DNA of 19,664 nucleotides from a virus (Monodnaviria; Loebvirae; Hofneiviricota; Faserviricetes; Tubulavirales; Inoviridae): IMG/VR virus record IMGVR_UViG_2529292909_000007, positions 1 to 19,664 of that record; one strand, 5' to 3'. Shown piece by piece: positions 8,985 to 19,664 of this stretch (position 1 is its first letter; each line of letters starts with the position of its first letter). The notes under the pieces were generated by a model. It saw only the letters and a program-made list of their open reading frames with translations, ran no database searches and was not told where the DNA came from. The position numbers and the translations under genes were made by a program.

Positions 8985-9167
8985 GATTCATCTATCCTAA
9001 AAAGTTACGAAATTTGATAACTAAACTTAGTTATCAAGTTTGATATAAGTATTGATCCACTTCTGCTTCATGTAAAGCAAAAAACATCTTTCTTTTGTTT
9101 ATTGTGGATCAATGGTTGCTGACAACACTAAAAGTTAATAATTTCAAATTGATAGGAAGAAAAGAAA
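8985..9167. promoter_or_regulatory. divergent promoter/operator region between ner and the repressor gene
   Basis: Perfect palindrome TTGATAACTAA-AC-TTAGTTATCAA at 9014-9037; inverted repeat TTGATCCAC (9052-9060) / GTGGATCAA (9104-9112); recurrent TTGATA half-sites; candidate repressor promoter TTGCTG (9116-9121), 17 bp, TAATTT (9139-9144). Confidence 0.55.
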
Positions 9168-9713
9168 ATGAACAAGCAAACAACAACATCTCTTTCTTTT
9201 CCTGGTGGTAGAAAAGAAAGCATTGCTGAGCGTCTGAAAAGGCTGATTGGCTCCCGCAGCGTCAGAGCTGCAGCAAGAGATTGGGGGCTTTCATTTTCAA
9301 CACTAAACAATTATCTGTCTCGTGGCACTGAGCCATCCTTAAGTGTCGCCCTTCAGATTGCGTCTATCGAAGGAGTAAGTGTTGAGTGGCTATGTGGATT
9401 CAGTGATGCATCACAAGTGAATCGGTGTGAGATCAAGGAAAATCAAGATGAAAGCAAGAAGATAATTATGACGATTATCAGCGCACTTGATGAAAAAGAC
9501 TTAGAGCAGCTATCGAAAAATTTGGTTCTGAATGGAGCCAAGTACTTAGCTCGGTTGTTAGAGCCTGAAAATCAAGATCTAATCCGCTTAGAAGGAAGGA
9601 AAAGAATAGCTGCATTACAGCTTGAAGGTATGTCTGACGAACGCGTCAGAGAGATTTTGGAAGAAACTGAGAGAAGTCGCAAATCTAACGCGGTAGAACC
9701 AAAAGCGGGTTAA
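9168..9713 (+). CDS. prophage repressor, CI/XRE-type HTH (181 aa), Mu c-position
   Basis: Divergent from ner-A-B; HTH-like segment SIAERLKRLIGSRSVRAAARDWGLSFSTLNNYLSRG; RBS AGGAAGA upstream. No peptidase S24-like C-terminal domain is evident. Confidence 0.65.
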   Translation: MNKQTTTSLSFPGGRKESIAERLKRLIGSRSVRAAARDWGLSFSTLNNYLSRGTEPSLSVALQIASIEGVSVEWLCGFSDASQVNRCEIKENQDESKKIIMTIISALDEKDLEQLSKNLVLNGAKYLARLLEPENQDLIRLEGRKRIAALQLEGMSDERVREILEETERSRKSNAVEPKAG

Positions 9714-9735
9714 TAGCATTAGCCCGCATTTTGCA
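9705..9735 (+). terminator. candidate intrinsic terminator after the repressor gene
   Basis: GCGGGTTAAT / ATTAGCCCGC stem (one mismatch) overlapping the stop codon, followed by ATTTTG. Confidence 0.4.
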
Positions 9736-9787
9736 CTATATCGAGTATTTCGCATTGTTTGGAACGCCTTAAAAGACTAAAACCACA

Positions 9788-9945
9788 GTATCAAATGAGT
9801 TGCCGATTTTATAATAAATGACTAATTATTGCACAATCGGTATCAAATAGACCTTATCCGCACATCTAGCCATCACCTGTTTTATTTCAGTATCTTACAG
9901 GTGATTTCACCTCCTTTCACTAAAACCCTTGTCGGTATCAAATGA
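9788..9945 (+). repeat. three direct repeats GTATCAAAT(G/A)(A/G) near the prophage end; candidate transposase end-binding sites
   Basis: Copies at 9788-9798, 9840-9850 and 9935-9945, same orientation, spaced 52 and 95 bp, between the repressor stop and the host fimbrial gene. Confidence 0.5.
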
Positions 9946-9954
9946 TTCACCTGG

Positions 9955-10305
9955 TTATACTATACCCAAACCGGAGGCCGTATTGCTTCCTTCATCCAGT
10001 TTCAACAAAGTATTATTTTCTGCATCCTCAATACCGTTAAATGCAACCCGAACCCCCGTTGTCCCTTTGCTGCATTCACTTAACGTAATCTGAAAAGGGA
10101 CGGCTGGACTTGTGCTACCGGTCGTTGGAAATTGTCTGGCACTGTTTTTTTGGAGATCTACGGTAAAATTAAGCGAATCCGATGAGACTGTGCAGCCATA
10201 ATCGAGGACGCGCCCGCTAATTTTAATAACGCTATCTGCGGATAAAGCAGAATAGGTGGTTAACCCCAGACATAAACCGAGGAAAATAATGTTATTGTAT
10301 TTCAT
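9955..10305 (-). pseudogene. ydeS: fimbrial subunit truncated at its C-terminus (116 aa), apparently by the prophage junction
   Basis: Signal peptide plus pilin-like N-terminal region, but too short for a complete subunit; lies directly downstream of the usher fragment. Symbol is from recalled K-12 synteny and is tentative. Confidence 0.55.
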
Positions 10306-10318
10306 AATCTATTGTTCC

Positions 10319-11467
10319 TTAGCGACAGATTGCTGTCTGCTGGTTCAGTAAGGTACCAGGAGAAACTTCAGGAAGCTTGTACTCGACAATACAGTTTGAG
10401 TTTTTATCTTTGCTCCATGAAACCTGTAATTGCCCTGACTGTGGAAGTCCAGTCAGATAAACCTGACCATTTTCCGCGACAATGCTGCCATTTTTATTCT
10501 CTCCGTGTGTGACAATTGCACCGAATGGAACGCTCTTATTACCGTACTTCAACGTCATTAATACTTTCCCGCCGATTTGTGCATTAAATGTTGCTCTGGC
10601 AATAGCACCGTGAGTTGGGATGACAGTGACCACGGTTTCATCCAGTTCAACATTATCTGCAAGGGAATTCGCGTTAAGAGCAACACGGTTTTCTCTATAT
10701 TCTGTCGCAAATGGTAATATGGCATAGCCACGCCAGTCGGTATGAATTCCGGTCTGGTTCTCTATTTTGACATTATCAGCACCAGGAGCCTTAACCAGAA
10801 CCATTGTGTCGCCCAGCGGCTGTCCAAAGGTGATGCCATCAGCATGAGCAATAATCCCACCACTCATTCCGTAATAAATCTGGCTGCTGTCACCACTCCG
10901 ACTGTAACCGACATTAGTATTACCATAAGCTCCACGATAATTAAGAGAACTGTAACCACTGGTGCCAGACGATGTATTACCTCCGTGGGTGTTACCGACC
11001 TGAACGCTATAATTCAGGTTATTATCCGGCAGCAGAGTGCCATAAACCCCCGATAGATTGGTCATGCCGCCTTTCAAATCGTTTGACATACTGTAACTGG
11101 CGTTTGAATTACGAAATGCCGACTGACTGTCTGTACGCATCCAATGACTGAAGGGAACATTAAGCGTAAAAGCGAGTAAATGATCCCGATCGTTTTGCCA
11201 TATATTATTGGAATAGCTGTAATTCAGCGAAGTCGTAATATCACCAAACGGCACATTTAATCCAAATGATATTTGCTGGTCGCTGCGTGACGTGTTCCAG
11301 TAACTTTGGCGACTGGCACTGAAAAATGTCGTACCGTAATTTCCAAGCTGCTGAGAGATGCTTATTTGTTCCTGACCACGCTTACTGTAGAACAGATTAA
11401 AATAATCAATAAATTGTGTCTGCTCATTGGTGTCTCCGGTAGGAGGCTTGACGGTGTAACCACTCAT
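10319..11467 (-). pseudogene. ydeT: fimbrial usher, C-terminal fragment (382 aa from first Met; frame open up to ~11554)
   Basis: Usher C-terminal domain features; the N-terminal ~450 aa of a full usher are absent; in-frame stop at 11555-11557. Length matches K-12 YdeT as recalled. Confidence 0.75.
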
Positions 11468-11799
11468 TCGACTGTAGGCACTGTCGGATAAGTTATAAAA
11501 ACCTTGCGTAGAATAGCGATATCCTGCGACCTGGATATTGGTTCCACAACAAGTTTATTGCTGCACTTGTTGAAGAGAGTATTTGCAAAAACATTTTATG
11601 TCGCTAAATAACATGACGATTTCATTATGCATGTTATTTATAAACCGTGACTAAACAGAATATTATTGCGAACAAGGGAAGTGTCAGGAAAGGTCAAGAG
11701 CTACCAATGGTTAATATGGCTATAAATCATTAGCTATGGTTAATGTTTGCTTGCTGAAACTAACACCGAATTGCTCTAAACAGATAAGTGCAGGGTTTA

Positions 11800-12062
11800 T
11801 TAAAGCTGTCCGACAGACTTTCTTAACCTGGTAATATCTCTCTTGGGTGACTCTCCAAACATCCGCGAATATTCCCGACTGAAATGGGATAGCTTTCGTA
11901 ACCGACAGCATAGGCTGCTGTGGTGACATCGTAATGTTCATTCAGCATCTGTCGCCTGACTTCATTGAGACGTAGCCATTTCTGATACCGGAGTGGACTC
12001 ATTCCCGCTTGATCCGTCCTTAAATAAGTAACAGCACCCTCTGGTGTTTTCGTATGCAGTGT
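11800..12062 (-). pseudogene. yneL: AraC-family regulator C-terminal HTH remnant with frameshift at GGG run 11886-11888
   Basis: GMSPLRYQKWLRLNEVRRQML...VGYES then, in the -1 frame, HFSREYSRMFGESPKRDITRLRK (AraC HTH2 signature); bounded upstream by an in-frame TAG. Symbol from recalled K-12 synteny, tentative. Confidence 0.45.
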
Positions 12063-12080
12063 CTATGCGACAGACACTGC
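12056..12080. repeat. perfect 9 bp inverted repeat with 7 bp spacer
   Basis: GCAGTGTCT-ATGCGAC-AGACACTGC at the upstream boundary of the AraC remnant. Confidence 0.6.
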
Positions 12081-12215
12081 GCTCTTAGCATGGGGCAGGG
12101 AATAACCAGGCTATTTCTCCATGCACAGGCCAATTATGAAAGAGGAGAGGCTTAAGTTCTTGAACCCTGAACGAATAACGACTACCAGAAAAGCACTTCG
12201 CATCACTCAGACATG

Positions 12216-12243
12216 ATTTAACATAATATACCTTATACGCACT
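12216..12243 (-). other. dif-like XerC/XerD recombination site (attachment junction of the filamentous prophage)
   Basis: Reverse complement AGTGCGTATAA-GGTATA-TTATGTTAAAT versus E. coli dif GGTGCGCATAA-TGTATA-TTATGTTAAAT (recalled): XerD arm 11/11, central 5/6, XerC arm 9/11. Confidence 0.65.
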
Positions 12244-12333
12244 GCGGTAAGATACGGTGAAAAACAGCCTGAAAGCCACACCGAATATCCTCACCAGAAC
12301 GCTGTCAGTCATCAATTTCATCAACATGCCACA

Positions 12334-15239
<2,906 letters not shown>

Positions 15240-15250
15240 TTATTATTACA

Positions 15251-16972
<1,722 letters not shown>

Positions 16973-17079
16973 TTATCAGCGGCTAAATCCAAGTACTGCA
17001 GCGAAACCGCACACAATTCCAAAGATAAAAATCACAACATCGAAGAAAGACTGAATCATAAGAAATCACCGGAAAAGAT

Positions 17080-17098
17080 GGGGGTAATATTTACCCCC
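17080..17098 (-). terminator. hairpin downstream of gVIII (candidate gVIII terminator)
   Basis: GGGGGTAA-TAT-TTACCCCC perfect 8 bp stem; on the minus-strand transcript it is followed by AUCUUUUCC. Matches the post-gVIII terminator position in Ff phages. Confidence 0.5.
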
Positions 17099-17106
17099 AA
17101 AAAAGA

Positions 17107-17397
17107 TTAACTGGCTTTTTTAATGGATTTAAGAACCATACTTACGCCAGCATAACAGATATATACACCCACAGCAGCAGCGCCAACAGCAAGAATAATT
17201 CCAATTACAGACGTGAAATTAATAGCAGTCTGAAGAGAGGAAAAATCAATAGCCGTAGTAGTCGGCGTTGTAGTCGGACCCGCCGCAAGAGCAGAGCCAG
17301 AAGCTAAAACAAGTGGTGCCACAAAAAAAGACATCACCGATTTTTTTACAGATAAAACCTTCTCTTTAACAGAAGATAAAAAACCTTTAAAAATCAT
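17107..17397 (-). CDS. major coat protein pVIII-like
   Basis: Signal peptide ending ALA; mature part AGPTTTPTTTAIDFSSLQ..., one TM helix, basic C-terminus ...KSIKKAS (M13 pVIII ends ...KKFTSKAS as recalled); GAGG RBS. Confidence 0.8.
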   Translation of the reverse strand: MIFKGFLSSVKEKVLSVKKSVMSFFVAPLVLASGSALAAGPTTTPTTTAIDFSSLQTAINFTSVIGIILAVGAAAVGVYICYAGVSMVLKSIKKAS

Positions 17398-17399
17398 AA

Positions 17400-17555
<156 letters not shown>

Positions 17556-17793
17556 TTATCCAGACCCTGAATTCTGAGAAGTTGCGCTCATGATTCCCAC
17601 CCCGTTTAATGAACAGAATCCGAACATAAAGAAACAGGGTATAACCACGTCCTGGATAAATCAGATGAGACCAGACAAAAAGTATCAGCCGATTTAAAAA
17701 ACGGAATAATAAAAAAATCTTCCTCGTGTCCAAATTTTTCCAAAAAATGGAAAGCCTCAGAATAAGAAGGGAAAGATAAGGCGCATCCCGGAT

Positions 17794-17958
17794 CTAAATG
17801 CCACAAAAACCAACTGCTTTAAATTCCGGGAATTCCTCATAATCACAAAGAACAGGAGAAGGATAAAAGGACTCAGCCAGAACAAACCAACCGCCAAAAA
17901 GGAAAGTTTCGGTTATATTCAGCTTACGACGTAACACAGAAATATCAGGCGATTGCAT
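17794..17958 (-). CDS. hypothetical 54 aa ORF with strong RBS
   Basis: GGGAGG, 6 nt, ATG; translation MQSPDISVLRRKLNITETFLFGGWFVLAESF... Confidence 0.3.
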   Translation of the reverse strand: MQSPDISVLRRKLNITETFLFGGWFVLAESFYPSPVLCDYEEFPEFKAVGFCGI

Positions 17959-17976
17959 AACCAACCTCCCCCTCTT

Positions 17977-18273
17977 TTAACCAATATCCTCACAACGGGA
18001 AATAAGACCATTGCAAAGCGAAATATAACGCGTCAAAACTGTCATTTCATAAGAGTCAAGACGAGCATAAGAGTCATTCAATAATTCAACACTATGACGA
18101 AGACATGACCTGAAAAGATAAAGCCCCCTAAAATTATCTCCTGACTCAAAATCAATAACAGCCTGCTTATAAAGCTCAATAATAAGGTCTAGTTTCAGTC
18201 GAACAGAACCCGATTTACTGTGTTCTTCAAATGAAGAAATTGGTCGAATTGGACGAAAAGTCATAAACACCAC
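17977..18273 (-). CDS. hypothetical 98 aa protein between gV and the coat genes
   Basis: Track ORF immediately downstream of gV; no family recognised. Confidence 0.4.
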   Translation of the reverse strand: MVFMTFRPIRPISSFEEHSKSGSVRLKLDLIIELYKQAVIDFESGDNFRGLYLFRSCLRHSVELLNDSYARLDSYEMTVLTRYISLCNGLISRCEDIG

Positions 18274-18279
18274 CTTTAA

Positions 18280-18627
18280 CTATTTAGAACCTGGAACCGT
18301 CAAAGGAAAAAGAACAAGTTTAAAAGCAAATTCGATACTGCCAAAGTTACCTACAGTATAAGACGATGGATGAATAAGATATTTACCCGCAGCATAAGGT
18401 GGTTGTCCCTCATCAAGAGAAACCTTACATTCAATCACCTGACGACCAAGTCTGACAACGCCAACCTGAGAATACATAATCCCCTTAACAGGAGAGCCAA
18501 GAGAATCAACAACTACCAGCCCTGTTTTCTTATCTTTCTTGTCATATTCAAAAGAATCAACACGAACATCATCTTCCTCAAATTCAATAATAACAAGATA
18601 ACGCTCATCAACATTAATCATAGACAT
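18280..18627 (-). CDS. ssDNA-binding protein pV-like (115 aa)
   Basis: KVSLDEGQPPYAAGKYLIHPSSYTVGNFGSIEF resembles recalled M13 gVp (KITLDEGQPAYAPGLYTVHLSSFKVGQFGSL); AGGAG RBS. Confidence 0.8.
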   Translation of the reverse strand: MSMINVDERYLVIIEFEEDDVRVDSFEYDKKDKKTGLVVVDSLGSPVKGIMYSQVGVVRLGRQVIECKVSLDEGQPPYAAGKYLIHPSSYTVGNFGSIEFAFKLVLFPLTVPGSK

Positions 18628-18643
18628 TTAAATTTCTCCTGAT

Positions 18644-19174
18644 TTAACCTACTGCATAAAGTGGAGTTACACGCTGGCGATACCAGTCAGGCATAACTGT
18701 TTCCTGCATTGATATTTCACGCATATTATGAATAACAACACCGGGGGTTTTACTGGCATCGTATTCCATAGCAATATCAATGCCGATTTTACGAAGGCGG
18801 GCACGGTGTCGTCTGATTTGACCACCATTAAAATCAAATCGCTTGCCACACATCCACGAATAAGCAATAAAAGCCGTAGCATTTGCTGCTTTAACATTAT
18901 CAACAATGCCATTAGTTATTAAAGCTTCGGATATAGTATGAACATCATAAGCGGTTAAAGATAACTTGTTAACAATAGAAATAAATTCACGCTGAAGATC
19001 TTCAAGAATTTCAAATTCAGAATACCCCCAATAACATAAATCATGCTTCTGTAAATAGCGGGACTTTAATTTTTGTTCAAATCTGACAACCCCATTTAAA
19101 ACGAGAAATTCGTGTAATTGCTGAACATATCTGAATTCATTACTGTCTTCACCAAACTTAGATTTGATTTTCTT
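18644..19174 (-). pseudogene. replication initiator pII-like, C-terminal ~175 aa only, interrupted upstream by IS1
   Basis: Reading frame is open from the IS1 left end (19174/19175) down to the stop at 18644. Identity inferred from position upstream of gV in Ff gene order; sequence not recognised. Confidence 0.5.
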
Positions 19175-19229
19175 GGTGATGCTGCCAACTTACTGATTTA
19201 GTGTATGATGGTGTTTTTGAGGTGCTCCA

Positions 19230-19529
19230 GTGGCTTCTGTTTCTATCAGCTGTCCCTCCTGTTCAGCTACTGACGGGGTGGTGCGTAACGGCAAAAGCAC
19301 TGCCGGACATCAGCGCTATCTCTGCTCTCACTGCCGTAAAACATGGCAACTGCAGTTCACTTACACCGCTTCTCAACCCGGTACGCACCAGAAAATCATT
19401 GATATGGCCATGAATGGCGTTGGATGCCGGGCAACCGCCCGCATTATGGGCGTTGGCCTCAACACGATTTTCCGCCATTTAAAAACTCAGGCCGCAGTCG
19501 GTAACCTCGCGCATACAGCCGGGCAGTGA
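19230..19529 (+). CDS. insA: IS1 InsA with altered C-terminus (A5 instead of the canonical A6C frameshift window)
   Basis: [40 protein letters not shown]... matches InsA; the run at 19472-19476 has five A, so the ORF ends ...[15 protein letters not shown] rather than ...KNSGRSR. Confidence 0.85.
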   Translation: MASVSISCPSCSATDGVVRNGKSTAGHQRYLCSHCRKTWQLQFTYTASQPGTHQKIIDMAMNGVGCRATARIMGVGLNTIFRHLKTQAAVGNLAHTAGQ

Positions 19530-19664
19530 CGTCATCGTCTGCGCGGAAATGGACGAACAGTGGGGATACGTCGGGGCTAAATCGCGCCAGCGCTGGCTCA
19601 TTTACGCGTATGACAGGCTCCGGAAGACGGTTGTTGCGCACGTATTCGGTGAACGCACTATGGC
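19477..19664 (+). CDS. insB: IS1 insB' reading frame, 5' portion (continues beyond window)
   Basis: Frame reads [37 protein letters not shown]..., matching the InsB' part of the InsAB' transposase as recalled. Confidence 0.7.

Larger units (their letters stand above)
19175..19664 (+). mobile_element. IS1, left end and first ~490 bp (runs off window end)
   Basis: Begins with the IS1 terminal inverted repeat GGTGATGCTGCCAACTTACTGATTTAGTGTATGATGG and continues through insA into insB. Confidence 0.95.

Noticed and set aside
9956-9965. Adjacent TATAC TATAC, considered as a Mu-type 5 bp target duplication
   Set aside because: A target duplication flanks the two ends of an element and would not be tandem at one junction; likely coincidence.
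11601-11638. Inverted repeat AAATAACATG ... CATGTTATTT, considered as a second dif-like site
   Set aside because: Poor match to the XerC/XerD arms; the convincing dif-like site is at 12216-12243. It may still be a hairpin of unknown role.
18667-18912. Minus-strand ORF 18667..18912 (81 aa)
   Set aside because: Alternative frame overlapping the pII-like reading frame; no start signal.

Overview
The window reads as a mosaic of four blocks. (1) 1 to ~9950 is phage-derived DNA, all on the minus strand except the repressor and one Tfa: a NanS-p-like SGNH esterase (601-2655), a Gin/Pin-family DNA invertase (2741-3313) beside a ~1.3 kb invertible tail-fibre segment bounded by gix-like sites (3379-3404, 4696-4721), and a Mu-type early region (B-like ATPase, DDE transposase A, Ner, and a divergent CI-like repressor) ending in three direct repeats at 9788-9945. 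No head or tail-shaft genes lie between B and the tail fibre. (2) ~9950 to ~12215 is a host remnant: a truncated fimbrial subunit, a fimbrial usher C-terminal fragment and an AraC-family C-terminal remnant. From memory this matches the E. coli K-12 terminus region ydeS-ydeT-yneL. (3) A dif-like XerCD site at 12216-12243 is followed by an Ff-ordered filamentous (Inovirus) prophage module: gIV secretin, gI/Zot, gVI, gIII with a long Gly-Thr repeat, gVIII, gV and a gII fragment. (4) IS1 (19175 to window end) interrupts gII. Four apparent frameshifts (Mu B, secretin, IS1 insA slippery site, AraC remnant) are all one base short in a homopolymer run, so a sequencing artefact must be excluded before calling them pseudogenes. 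All calls rest on reading the sequence and recalled protein families; no searches were run.
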